This document shows positions 35,639 through 48,655 of a DNA stretch of 58,566 bases, piece after piece. The translations under genes were made by a program, and so were the position numbers. How positions within the stretch are numbered: the first letter of the stretch is position 1; every line of letters begins with the position of its first letter. Under the pieces are notes generated by a model. It was given only the letters and a program-made list of their open reading frames with translations, had not been told where the DNA came from and ran no database searches. The DNA is from Octopus bimaculoides (lineage: Eukaryota), in contig NC_068991.1 of NCBI RefSeq assembly GCF_001194135.2, forward strand, positions 71,842,577 to 71,901,142, written 5' to 3'.

Positions 35639-35675
35639 TCTTTGACGTTTCGAGCTACGCTCTTCAACAGAAAGA
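35639..35675 (-). ncRNA. Variant minimal hammerhead-like motif (CUGUUGA core) in a Penelope-like fragment (about 35575-35740)
   Basis: Minus strand: TCTTT CTGTTGA A GAGC-gta-GCTC GAAAC GTC|AAAGA. Stems I and II are intact. Confidence 0.5.
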
Positions 35676-35880
35676 ATACGGAGACAAGGAGAAAGACACG
35701 GAGAAAAAAAAATTGAATAGTGTTCAGAAGCATGACCTCCATGTATATATATATATATAGATATATATAAATTTAAATAATAAGGATGAAAAATTGAATA
35801 TTANNNNNNNNNNATATATATGAGAGAGAGAGAGAGAGATATTGATATGAAGCATGACGTTCATATATATGTGTGTGTGT

Positions 35881-36418
35881 GAATCATGACCTTTGAACAT
35901 TGGGCCTCACAGAGGCAATGACAGGAGACCGGAACCTTTGGAGATACTCTGTAATGGAGAAGACCCGGCAACTAAAGTGAGATTGCAGCCATGCACGTCC
36001 AGTCCTGTTAAGAATACTCCTGATGAGTCAGGCAATATGATATGCTTGAGAAGACCTGTTGAGTCAAGTAAAACCAATATTGTAGCTGGAGCCTGTGCCC
36101 CCTAACTGGCTCCCATGCCGCTGGCATGTAAAAAGCACCATCCGATCGTGGTCAATGCCAGGCTCACTTTACTGGCTCTGGTACTGGTGGCATGTAAAAG
36201 GCACCATCCGATCGTGACCGATGCTAGTACCCCCTGACTGGCTTCTGTGCCGGTGGCACATAAAAAGCACCCACTACACTCTCGGAGTGGTTGGCATTAG
36301 GAAGGGCATCCAGCTGTAGAAACTCTGCCAGACCAGACTGGAGCCTGGTGCAGCCGTTGGCTCTCCAGACCTGAGTCAAACTGACCAACCCATGCCAGCA
36401 TGGAAAACAGACGTTAAT
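35881..36418 (+). mobile_element. RTE-clade LINE 3' end (ORF C-terminus and 3' UTR)
   Basis: DL*TLGLTEAMTGDRNLWRYSVMEKTRQLK* (stop at 35978-35980), tandem ~57-bp UTR units, and tail GGAAGGGCATCCAGCTGTAGAAAC..CCATGCCAGCATGGAAAACAGACGTTAA. A related fragment lies inverted at about 36420-36725. Confidence 0.75.
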
Positions 36419-36731
36419 TGGCAACAACCACACTCGAATGTTGTTTTCCACATGGTCCGGCATGCTCCGGCAATGCTGGCAACAATCACACTCAAATGGT
36501 GCTTTTCATGTGCCACCAGCATGGGAGCCAATCCGTGGCCCTGGCAACAATCACGCTTAGATGTGCTTTTAACATTCCTCTGGCACGAGTGCCAATCAAG
36601 CGGTACTGTCGTCGGCCACGTCAGCGATCTTGATTAGTTTTCACTTGACTCAATAGGTCTTCGCAAGCAAAGTTCATTGTCCACTGAATGAAGAGTACAC
36701 ATAAGTGGGCCGGTTACACCCCACGTTCGGA

Positions 36732-36833
<102 letters not shown>

Positions 36834-37020
36834 TTGATACACCACTAGTAGTTTCTGGGGTTACCAGTTAAAATAGCTACATGCTGATTTTGTTGATAAA
36901 GAATTGTAAAACATTGAGATCAAAAAATATTTTTGTTTTCTTGATATTATAATTATGTGGCTTCATTATTTTGGTTGCTCAGAAATGCCATATCATTTTA
37001 TAAATAAATGACAATTGAAG

Positions 37021-37310
37021 GATATCACTTGATAACAAAGCTTAAAAATGAAACAATGTTTTGATAAAAAGGCTCAGTTGACATGATATCATTTGATAAC
37101 AGATCTGAAGGCAAATGTTATCATATGATAACAACTGGAATAATATATTTTGTTAAGAAAACTAAAATGATATGATATTACTTGTTATCAGTGTTAAAAT
37201 AAAACTGATATCACTTGAGTGTAAAGCCAAAATAAATGAAGAGCATCTTGGAATAGATTGGATATTACTTAATAACAAAAGTAAAAGGTGTGATATCATT
37301 TATCAAGTAA
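37021..37310. repeat. Seven copies of a quasi-palindromic 16-bp motif G(A/T)TATCA-NN-TGATAAC
   Basis: Copies start at 37021, 37085, 37117, 37174, 37207, 37261 and 37292. Confidence 0.75.
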
Positions 37311-37796
37311 CTGCTAGAAATAAATATTATATTTTTGGGTGTTTTCTGTGTGATATTTATTATTGACAGCTTCACACGCCTATTATACTGTAGATATTTT
37401 TTAGTTTCATCATTATTTAGTGAAAGTAGGGTAGATGTAACTTAAGAGATCACTAATACTGACAGAGAGGTATGATAAGCATTAGAGCTAATCAATACCT
37501 GCCTGCTAGTAATGAATTTGGAGTCTGTGGTTCAAATTCCATCCAGGTAGACTTAGTTTCTTTTTTTTTTTTTTGTTTTTTGAAGGTGATTAGTAAAATT
37601 AGTATCAAATTAATTATGACAGGGAGAAGAGACTCAAATTAGGGTGTCAAGTTGACTTGTATGTTTGTCATAGCATTTGGTGACTCACCCTTCCTCTCAA
37701 GTTCAAACTTTACCAGACCAGAAACTAGATGAGCACCAGGTCTGTGATTGGTCTAGAAGTAGGCTTCTAGTGAACCTTGTATTCTTCATTTCATTA

Positions 37797-37915
37797 TAAC
37801 TGGAATGGTACAACAGAAATTGTAACTGAAATGGTACAACAGAATCCCAACTGAAATGGTACAACAGAATCCCAACTGAAATGGTACACTGAGAATTGCA
37901 ATTGAGATGGTATTC
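37797..37915 (+). repeat. Minisatellite, ~25-bp unit (AACTGAAATGGTACAACAGAATCCC), 4-5 copies
   Basis: Directly visible tandem copies. Confidence 0.9.
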
Positions 37916-38584
37916 AGGATATTATAACACAGGTGGTACTTTGTAAAGTGTTGTAGAAACAAAAAGAGAAATTATTAGTTGGCTAAGTTGAAATAAAGTT
38001 AACATGGTGGAGGTAAAGGACATGGGTTTTTTTCGGTATTTTTCTACAGAAATCCATCTTTTTGACTGCAGAAATTCCAAATCTGCAAAAAAAAATTGGT
38101 ATTTCAAAATTTTAATCCCCTGCAGTTTTTCACTTTTATTTACAGATTTGTTTTTGGCAAAATATGGAAATTATGATTCTGAAGAAAAAAATTTTGTAAA
38201 ATTTAAATTTTTCAGAAAAAAAATAAATAAATAAACACCCTTTGCCTCCTACTAAAATAGCAGACATAAAAAGTATCTAAACAGAAAACTCGACATACTA
38301 GAAACAGCAGCTAGATGACGAATCATGTTTTCAAAATTTTAATTTTCCCCACCCCCTTTTTTTCTTTGCTTGAGGGGTGGAGAGGGGGAAAATTAAAATT
38401 TTGAAAACATGTTTTTGGGGTTTTCAAAATCTTCAATTTTTATGTATACTCCAACCGGAAAGTCAGACAAGCTAGAAGCAACAGCCAAACCGAAAATCCA
38501 CTTTCTAAATATGAATTACCAAAAAAGAAATTTTTTTTTTAAATCTCTTTTTTTTTTTTTTTAACTTTTAACATGCTATAACCA

Positions 38585-38920
38585 GAACTATATTATCCAA
38601 TATATCCTTCCTTATTTTCAAACTGTTTAGGTGTGATTTGAGGGATATTTAACTGCTATTTCTAGCAGTGACCACGTAGCGACTTCATAATTGTCTCACT
38701 GTCACACTCACTACTGCTGCTGTTGCTTTTGTTGTTGTTGCTGATGTTAAGCTCTCTGTCAATCTTGATAAAAAAAATGTCTTATAATTGAAGGTATTCC
38801 AGCTGTGACCATCCTGCCTTTTCAGACAGTTTATCTAGAACCACATTATCCAATATGGCCTTCTCTGTTTAAGATGGTAAGCATCTGATTTAAGTGAGAT
38901 TTGGCTGCTATTTTTAACTT
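38585..38920 (+). repeat. Unclassified short interspersed family E (..ttatccaat..gtgtgatttgagggagatttggctgctatttctagc..)
   Basis: Two copies here, with others at about 5740, 12765, 46150, 48285, 53330, 55900 and 56860. Confidence 0.65.
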
Positions 38921-39649
38921 GGAGGCCTCAGAACTGTTCACCCTGCCAGAAACAGGCTCTTTTCAGTTTTTGTCTACCAAATTCACTCACAGGACTTTGG
39001 CTAACCTGAGGCAATAGTTAAACACTCTTGCCCAACGTGCTACACTATAGGATTGAACCTGAAACCACGTGGCTGGGAACCAAGTTTCTCAACCACACAC
39101 CCACGCTAGTGTTTGTAAGCCTTAAATAAATATTCCCCAGTCTACATCAGTTGTTGATCTGCAAATCTATTCAGCATTTACGTGCGACTTACGAAGCTTT
39201 GCACTTTAAATACAAGACTACAAACACTTCGTAGAATCTCATACTTTACCAAATAGTTACCAGATGCTCCATGATTCCACAACATAAGCTTTACACCATT
39301 CTGCTACACTATTCTTGTGTCTGTATTCCATATGTTAAATGCCATGCATCTTTTTCTTTTTATATTTTTACAAAAGTTAAGCTGCATTTTCTTGAATATT
39401 TATTATCATTTTTCAACAAGTTCACCCGATTTCCAACAGCTTCAAAGACATGCTTGTAAATAAAGAACAAACACGTGAATGTTTTATTGCATATGCAAGA
39501 TTGCACCAGTGACCGCTAGTACTGTTTATTGTATGGTCCTTCTGTCTGTCGAACTTTTGATGAGAATGTTCTTCTTCTTCAAGGAAAAAGAAAAAAAGAT
39601 TGCTTTGTGCTGCACGGCAAATATTGCTGTCAGCTCTTGCATATAAAAT

Positions 39650-40070
39650 TATCATCATCGTCATCGTCAGTTTCTTGTAACTCCTCTGCTTCCTCCTCCT
39701 CTATCTCCTCCTTGTCATCGTTGTCATTGTCATTATTATCATTCTTGTCATCATTGTCATCATCAACGTCGTTGTCGCCGTCGTCGTCATTGTTGCTATC
39801 GTTGTCATCATCATGACCTTCATCACTGTCAGCGTTGTCGTTGTCATCATCATCATCATCATCATCAATGTTACCATTGTCATCACCATCATCATCCACA
39901 CGGTCGTTGTATCATCATCATCATCATCGTTGCCTGTTGTCTATCATCTCGCCTCCAGCATTTGTTGCATTGCCATCATCATCATCACCATCATCATCAT
40001 CACCATCATCATCATTACCACTGTTGTCATCATCATCACCATCATTGCCTCCGCCACTGTCGCCACCATT
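39650..40070. repeat. Compound (CAT/CGT)n microsatellite; similar blocks at 30100-30530, 51025-51605 and 51970-52150
   Basis: Directly visible trinucleotide arrays. Confidence 0.95.
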
Positions 40071-40087
40071 GCTTTTTATACTTGTTT

Positions 40088-40250
40088 CTCCTTACTTGCC
40101 TGGAAGAGATGGGTACATCTCCTACACAGTGCCAGTCTCACCACATGTTGTAGTCATTTGTCATCACCTTCAGGAGTTTCGCACCTCCTGAAATTATGCC
40201 TCTCCTTCCGTATCTTCCTTGGTCTTCCTCTTCTACAGATTCCTTCTTTT
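40088..40250 (-). mobile_element. Decayed RTE LINE C-terminal fragment
   Basis: Minus-strand EGICRRGRPRK, matching the typical RTE ORF-end GRPRK motif. Confidence 0.5.
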
Positions 40251-40339
40251 TGGGTCATTTGGCATTTTCTTTACTGATTTCCTGCCTCTCCAATTAATTA
40301 TATATATGTATGTATATATATATATATATATATATATAC

Positions 40340-40750
40340 TTTCTTTACTCTTTTACTCTTTTACTTGTTTCAGTCATTTGACTGCGGCCATGCTGGAGCA
40401 CCGCCTTTAGTTGAACTAAAACAAAACCCCAGGACTTATTCTTTGTAAGCCTAGTACTTATTCTATCGGTCTCTTTTGCCGAACCACTAAGTTACGGGGA
40501 CGTAAACACACCAGCATCGGTTGTCAAGCGATGGTGGGGGGACAAACACAGACACACATACATATATATATACATACACATATACGACAGGCTTCTTTCA
40601 GTTTCCGTCTACCAAATCCACTCACAAGGCTTTGGTCGGCCCGAGGCTATAGTAGAAGACACTTGCCCAAGGTGCCACGCAGTGGGACTGAACCCAGAAC
40701 CATGTGGTTGGTAAGCAAGCTACTTACCACACAGCCACTCCTGCGCGTAT
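40340..40750 (-). mobile_element. Young full-length family A SINE (others at about 38955, 41570, 42110, 43960, 50560)
   Basis: Close to consensus with most CpGs retained. Confidence 0.9.
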
Positions 40751-42832
40751 ATATNNNNNNNNNNNNNNNNNNNNNNNNNNNNNNNNNNNNNNNNNNNNNN
40801 NNNNNNNNNNNNNNNNNNNNNNNNNNNNNNNNNNNNNNNNNNNNNNNNNNNNNNNNNNNNNNNNNNNNNNNNNNNNNNNNNNNNNNNNNNNNNNNNNNNN
40901 NNNNNNNNNNNNNNNNNNNNNNNNNNNNNNNNNNNNNNNNNNNNNNNNNNNNNNNNNNNNNNNNNNNNNNNNNNNNNNNNNNNNNNNNNNNNNNNNNNNN
41001 NNNNNNNNNNNNNNNNNNNNNNNNNNNNNNNNNNNNNNNNNNNNNNNNNNNNNNNNNNNNNNNNNNNNNNNNNNNNNNNNNNNNNNNNNNNNNNNNNNNN
41101 NNNNNNNNNNNNNNNNNNNNNNNNNNNNNNNNNNNNNNNNNNNNNNNNNNNNNNNNNNNNNNNNNNNNNNNNNNNNNNNNNNNNNNNNNNNNNNNNNNNN
41201 NNNNNNNNNNNNNNNNNNNNNNNNNNNNNNNNNNNNNNNNNNNNNNNNNNNNNNNNNNNNNNNNNNNNNNNNNNNNNNNNNNNNNNNNNNNNNNNNNNNN
41301 NNNNNNNNNNNNNNNNNNNNNNNNNNNNNNNNNNNNNNNNNNNNNNNNNNNNNNNNNNNNNNNNNNNNNNNNNNNNNNNNNNNNNNNNNNNNNNNNNNNN
41401 NNNNNACAGGTACTACTCTTTTTTGCCACCTGGGTGGACAGGGGTAACATGAAATAAAGTGTCTTGCTCAAGGACACAACACGCTACTGGAAATTGAACT
41501 CATAACCTTACAAATCTGAACCAAATACCCTATCTGCTAAGCCACATGCCCTTTAGCATTTCAACCAGGCATGTAAACAAACCAACACCAGTTGTAGAGT
41601 GGTGGAGAGGAGATAAACACAAGGCACACACACATGTGTGCACGTGCATATATATGTGTGTGTGTGTGTGAGAGTTTTACAGTTTCTATCTTCCAAATTC
41701 ACTCACAACTCACAAGGCATTGGTCACCCTGGAGCCATAGTGGAGGTCACTCACCCAAAGTGCTGTGCAGTGGGACTGAACCCAAAACCGTGTACTTGTA
41801 AAGCAGGCTTCTTAATCACATGGCCATGTCTGTATCTTCCCATAGCCCATGCCTGTAAAAACAATTGCTTGAAACAAAAAAAAAGTCACACATGCCATTC
41901 AGTCTAACATGGGAAAACGATTGATGTAAAACAGAAACTGAATAAATCTAATGGGAACTTGACACGTGTGTGTGTGTGTGTGTTTGAGTGAGTGCCACAA
42001 AGGAGAGGACATGGTACTTGAAATTAGACTAGATTATTTCTAAGTTTCTTACATAAGTTTCATTTTTGAATGTAAAATTTTGAAAAAAAAAAAACCTATG
42101 TATATGAGTGCAAGCATAGCCATGTGGTTAAGAACTTTGTCTCACAACAATGTGATTCTGATTCTGTCCCACTGAGCGGCACCTTGGCAAGTGTCTTGGG
42201 TCAATTGATGCCTTGTAAGTGGAATTTGAAGCAGAAGTCTATCCTATCTTCATCATCATCATCATTTCAACATCCACTTTTTCATGCTTGCATGGATCAG
42301 ACAGTTTGTTGAGACATATTTTATATGGCCCTTGCCCTTTCTGTCCCCAATTCTTACCTGTTTCCTCATGGCCAGACATGTATTTCACAGAACATTAGAA
42401 AGGAATGACACTGTATAACAGTGATATTCATTTACAACTACCCTACAATCTGAAGACAGGGGTGTGTGTGTGTGTATGTATGTATGTATGTATGTATAAT
42501 TTAATATACACTGTATTTAGATATGAGCTACTATTAGTTTCATGCTCTGTAAACACAATGGATTGGTAGATTTATATATCGTCTTTTGTCTCGAAGCAAT
42601 CATTCAGGCTCAGCTACACAACATGGCTGGTCTTTTTCATAGAAGACCAGCCATGTTGTGTAGTTGAACCTGGAGGAATATTTGGTGGCACAAGTTGTGA
42701 TGTATAAATTTGCCAATTTGTTTCTGCTTGTGAAACTAATTGTAGCTTGTATTTAAATACTGTGACTATTAAATTATATTTATCTCTCACTAGATTGAAT
42801 GCTTTTTTGTTGACCCTGCCAATACAAAGTGA

Positions 42833-42880
<48 letters not shown>

Positions 42881-44119
42881 GGTATGTGTGTGTTTTCATT
42901 CACAGGTTTAAATCTATGCTGAGCTGTATCTCCNNNNNNNNNNGCTATTTGATAGATAGAGATTGATAAAATAAGGAACAAGGGTCAAAATATTACTTTA
43001 ACATTTTTGAAGGTAGCGCCCCCACATGGCCTCCATACAAGGAAAGAAGCTAAGGAAATAAGTAAATGTTGAATGTGAATGTTTTAAAATGTTTACACAA
43101 ATTATGTAAAATGGTTTGTCTCTGGTGGGAAATATGTCACCAAAGGGGAGAGAATTTCTTCTCAGACAAAATTTGAGATCCTGTATATTTAATTCTTAAC
43201 TTAAATATCTTCTAATTCCGTTTTCTTTTTTTTTATATACAAAATAAAGTTTTTAAATTTTTCTTTTCTCTTGTGGTCTGTGTAGAATGAATTAAGACTA
43301 AAGTTTGACTGATCCTGATTTATGGGTTTCTGATTCATGACCCTAAACTTTGTGTCCTATAAATAAAGGCAGCCTTTCATTCTTGCCTAAATATGCCAAG
43401 CTGTAAGTGAAACTACAGTTAGCCAATCAAATTATACCACCATCACCATCACTGCCACCACCCATCACCACCTCCATCGCCACCATTATCACCACCACCG
43501 ACATCCTTTAGATTCTGGTATCAACTGAATAATCCTAATAAGGTGCAAACTTAATTATTCTGATTAGATTAAATACAGCTTGTAGATAGGAGTTCCAGAT
43601 GTCTTTTCACGTGTTCTATTAACAAAATGAAATGAAGTTTCTTACAGGTTTCCTCTTGGTTCTATTCTGCCTTGTCTCATATTGGATGCCTTGTCTAATA
43701 TTGGAAAACTAGGGCAGGAAGTGTGTATAGACTACAATATAGTAAATCAACCCGATAGTATCACTGGTATTTCTTTTACGAACCAAATAAACATAAGACC
43801 AAGTCAAGCCATAGAGGGTTTAAATTCACAATCTAATGAGATTAATACAAAATTCACATACAATTTCTTTATGGTTGGTCACAAAGGTTTATAATTTTCA
43901 GAGCAGAGAAAATGGGAGAGCTTGATGGCCATGTCTCATCCAAAGCTCTTTTGTCAGGGCTTATTTTGTAAGCCTAGTACTTATTCTATTGGTTTCTTTT
44001 GCCAAGCTGCTAAATTACGGAGACGTAAACACATGAATATCCGTTGTCAAGCAGTGATGGGATGACAAAGACACACACTCAGATACATACATACATACAT
44101 ACATACATACATACATACA

Positions 44120-44150
<31 letters not shown>

Positions 44151-44365
44151 GACGGGCTTCTTTCAGTTTCCATCTAACAAATCCACTCCTAAGACTTTGG
44201 TTGGCCTGNNNNNNNNNNNNNNNNNNNNNNNNNNNNNNNNNNNNNNNNNNNNNNNNNNNNNNNNNNNNNNNNNNNNNNNNNNNNNNNNNNNNNNNNNNNN
44301 NNNNNNNNNNNNNNNNNNNNNNNNNNNNNNNNNNNNNNNNNNNNNNNNNNNNNNNNNNNNNNNNN

Positions 44366-44408
<43 letters not shown>

Positions 44409-45083
44409 CACACACACACACACACACACACATATATGCACACACACATATATCTTTATATTTAAATTTTATTCTTTACACATAAACTTATTTTAATTAA
44501 TTTCAGTCTGTTCAGTTTATCAGCTGTCTGGTTATAATTCTTCTTCTTTGAATATGTCTACAGTGTTGTAACATGTCTCTTTATATATTATTCAAAGTCT
44601 ATATTTATTTGTCTGTAAATTAATCTTTACACTCATTCATTATTATTTTTATCTTCTGTTATTATTCTAGGTTGATGCGTTGTGTAAATCTCAGCCAAAT
44701 CTTGTCGTCATATTTTACTGTTTGTGTTGTGAACTAACTACTATTCTCTATTGAGCATATCAGCTTACAATATGCCTACAGATATTCATATACATACATA
44801 CATATATATGTATGTATGTATATGAATATATGTATATATATATATAAGTATGTATGTATAACAGTTAATTAACAGCTGCTTCTTGTTTTACAGCTTTACT
44901 ACAACACACACACACACACACACATATATATATGAAATTATGTAGTGTTCCTGTTTTGTTCATAATAGTGACTCAATAATCTGGTGACTATAAAGAATTT
45001 TACTGCTTCAGCATGGCACGGAACCAGTGTTGTTGTTGACAAATGAGCGACTTAAGTAAACAGATATTACCTTGTCAGAAATT

Positions 45084-45202
45084 TTACGCTAGTTTTACTC
45101 TGCCAGGAAATTCTTTTGATATTCTCGCTACAACTGTACAACCTCTTTGATTTTGATTACGCAATATAATTGCTCGGCCTATTATTGACTCAAGGTAACA
45201 GT
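45084..45202 (-). CDS. Candidate terminal coding exon with a Cu/Zn-SOD/CCS-fold-like C-terminal motif: xCYLESIIGRAIILRNQNQRGCTVVARISKEFPGRVKLA*
   Basis: Strong acceptor cctttatatctgcatttcag and 38 full open codons to TAA. SIIGRAII..R-G-C-T-V-V-A-R resembles SOD1 IIGRTLVV..RLACGVI and CCS VIGRSLII..ACGIIAR. AATAAA sites lie downstream (about 44470 and 44605). Confidence 0.5.
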
Positions 45203-45852
45203 CTGAAATGCAGATATAAAGGTGTGTACGCAAAAATGGTGGGGAGCTTCTCAAACAACCACACTACGTAGGTACAAGTAAAATGGCCAAGGGAATATAA
45301 TTACCGGTACAAAGGTCTTTTGTTTAAATCTATTGTTGTTGTTTTGATGGGTGTTTGGGCTGTATATTAACTTCACTGCATCTTCTGAAGAAATCTGGTG
45401 AACCAATGAAAGAGCACAAGAGGGAGAGAGACTGGCTCTTTGCAATCATATCGGTATGCTTCACAGCTACATTGGCTTCCAGGATCTGAGAGAAGGAGTA
45501 CGTGTCATCATCATCATCATCACCATCATCCCCATCATCATCATCATTTAACGTTTGTTGTCCATGCTTGCATGGTGGAAGGCTTGACTTGCAGCAAGCT
45601 GGCAAAATCATTAGCACACCAGACAAAATGGTTAGCAACATTTCAGCTGTCTTCATATTCCGAGTTCAAATTCTACTAAAGTTGACATTGTCTTTCACCC
45701 TTTAGGGGTAAATAAAATAAGTACCTGCTGCAGACTGGGGTTGATGTCAACTTCTCCCTCCCCTCCAAAAACTGCTGGCCTTGTGCCAAAATTTTTAACC
45801 ATTATTATTGTTGTTTAGCCCTAAAAGAGTGCTAACTTAACAGACATACATC

Positions 45853-46079
45853 TAACCCTTTTGATATCAATCTACCTGGGACCATTCATGGCTTTCTTAT
45901 ACAAACTTCTTGTTTTAAAATTATCTAGCTCTAAACTGCTTATCAAAATTCCCATTTTAATTAATTTTCTAAACATCATTTTCATAATGGCAAAGTTTAT
46001 TTACTAAATTCTTCATTATTTTTGAAAGTAATTGAAACAGTCGTTATGGATTTCAACAGAAATATGGTAACAGAGTTAA
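45853..46079. mobile_element. piggyBac-like MITE ((T)TAA-CCC..GTTAA); related copies at 48890-49109, 54099-54300, about 55500-55727 and about 25380-25575
   Basis: TTAA-like flanks and shared internal sequence between copies. Confidence 0.55.
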
Positions 46080-46384
46080 GGACATTCCAGCTATGGCCAT
46101 CCCATCTTTGCTTTAGCCATAGAATGTTTAATATTTTAAAGACTTTATTATCCAGTGTCTTTGCTTTTTTTTTTTTTTTTGAAGACACTAAAATGTGACT
46201 TGAGAGATATTTAACTGCTATTCTTAGCGAACCAAGCGACCGCATACAGGCTCTCTCATTTATCAGAAACCAGTGTATACATCGTAACTAGCACCTTAGT
46301 AACTGTAGAGAACCAGGATATCACATTATGTAGCTACATCATGCTTCATTGAAGCGAAGTCTTTACACATCTGGCTATATATCC

Positions 46385-46395
46385 GTATATGTATA

Positions 46396-46442
<47 letters not shown>

Positions 46443-47010
46443 TTATATATGTATGTGTGTGTATATATGTATGTGAGTATATATACGTGTGTGTGTGTGT
46501 GTGTATATATATACGTTTATATGTATATGAATACACATATATGTATAAATATATATACATATATACATACATATATATATATAGACATATATATATATAT
46601 ACACATATGTATATACATATATATATATATACACATATGTATATACATATATATATATATATACACATATATATATATATACACATATGTATATACATAT
46701 ATATATATATATACACATATGTATATACATATATATATATATATACACATATATATGCATATATATATACATATATATATACACATATATATATATGTAT
46801 ATATGTATATACATATATATATATATATACACATATATATACATATATACATATATATATACACATATATACTTACACACACACACACACATATTTATAC
46901 ATATATATATACACATATATACTTACACACACACACACATATTTATATATATATATATATATGCACACACATACACACATACACACTATATATGTGTATA
47001 TATATATATC
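46385..47010. repeat. Long compound (AT)n/(AC)n microsatellite block
   Basis: Directly visible. It is the source of the YI/HT-rich spurious ORFs. Confidence 0.95.
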
Positions 47011-47082
47011 TTAATTCAAATGCCAGTTCATGGACAAGTAATGTACAAAGGCGAAACATTACAAATATTACCGGGTTCTTTT

Positions 47083-47121
<39 letters not shown>

Positions 47122-47704
47122 GCATGATTTTCATTCTTGTAGTTTTTGGAAGTTCCGACAGACATTTTTACCTCTGCTTTATATATCATCCTTAGCAAGA
47201 GTTGTTAGAGCAAATTGGTTTACGCTTGACTGCTCATCCAAATATTAATACTTCTCAAATGCAAATTGCGTACATGACATACATATACGTATATATATGT
47301 GTGTGTGTGAGTGTATGAACCGGAAGGTGTATGCACATTCATATACATTTACATACACACACACACACACATACATGCATAGATGCATGTATATTTTCCA
47401 TCTGTGTAGTTTGACAATCGAATGCACCATCACAACTGAATCTTAGGAAAGTTCCTTAATAACACCCAGCTGCCATAATCAGCCATCCTCTTAGCTTTCA
47501 CAGAATGTTGCTGCAGTGTACATGGCAACAGATCTGACACCAGATGCAGGCTTGGCTGCAGTACAAACGTATTGCACATTGATCAATAAATGCACTGTGT
47601 GCATCAACTGCAAGTCTGACGCCTTAGACTGTACAATATAAACACATATGCACAGCTGCATACACATACATATGTGTATATATATATATATATGTGTGTG
47701 TGTG

Positions 47705-47783
<79 letters not shown>

Positions 47784-47868
47784 ATATATGTGTACTTGAA
47801 GATACAAATATACATGCACATTTATAGTCATGGATGCAAACACACACACATAAAGACATGCATGCAAA

Positions 47869-47909
<41 letters not shown>

Positions 47910-48439
47910 TTATACATCTACCCATGAATGCTTACTCACTCCATGTGCACAAACAGATGCACACACACACACACATGCACACACATGCACACACATACAC
48001 ACACACACACACACACGCACGCATGCATCAAAATTAAATAGACACCCCCTCATTATAATGCTTTCTCTGTGAAGACAGAACATAGTGCTTCAAATTCGTT
48101 CATGTATTCTGCACAAGACATGTCTACTAAATAATAGGTTAAGTATTTAAATGCATCAAACAATTTTCTTTCTAGAAAAAAACTTCCAATAATGGCCTTT
48201 ATTTACTTTGGAAGTGTGTGCATGTATATGCACATGTGTACAGCAGACTTATGAGGTAAAGCTTTCCAACTATGAGCACCACAATGTATCTAGGACTACA
48301 TTATCCAATGTGTTATTCATTTTTTTTTTTCCATATGACAATAGGATATGATTTGAGGGATGTTTGACAGCTATTTCTAGCAAGCTGAGAGACCATATTT
48401 GAAACAGTTGAATCCAAGAATACCAGTAATGAAAAAACA

Positions 48440-48655
48440 ATAAATATTCTTTTCTACTCAAGGCCCGAAAATTTTGGGGAGGATGCCAGTTGACAAGACT
48501 GACCCCAGTATACAACTGGTACTTAATTTATCAACCCCGAAAGGATGAAAGGCAAAGTTGATTTAGGTGAAATTTGAACTCAGAACGTAAAGACAGACGA
48601 AATACCGCTAAGCATTTCGCCTTGCGTGCTAACGATTCTGCCAGCTCACCGCCTT
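48440..48655 (-). mobile_element. Family C (Meta-domain) SINE (another at 45640-45810, plus strand)
   Basis: Match to the family C consensus. Confidence 0.85.

Noticed and set aside
36010-36060. CTGATGA in the RTE 3' UTR as a hammerhead
   Set aside because: There is no stem II hairpin followed by GAAA.
39100-39600. Possible terminal exon/3' UTR or internal exons on either strand
   Set aside because: Several incompatible frames, and none gives a recognisable protein.
46349-48037. YI-, CV-, HT-, poly-M-, poly-D- and poly-S-rich ORFs here and elsewhere
   Set aside because: They are translations of di- and trinucleotide microsatellites.
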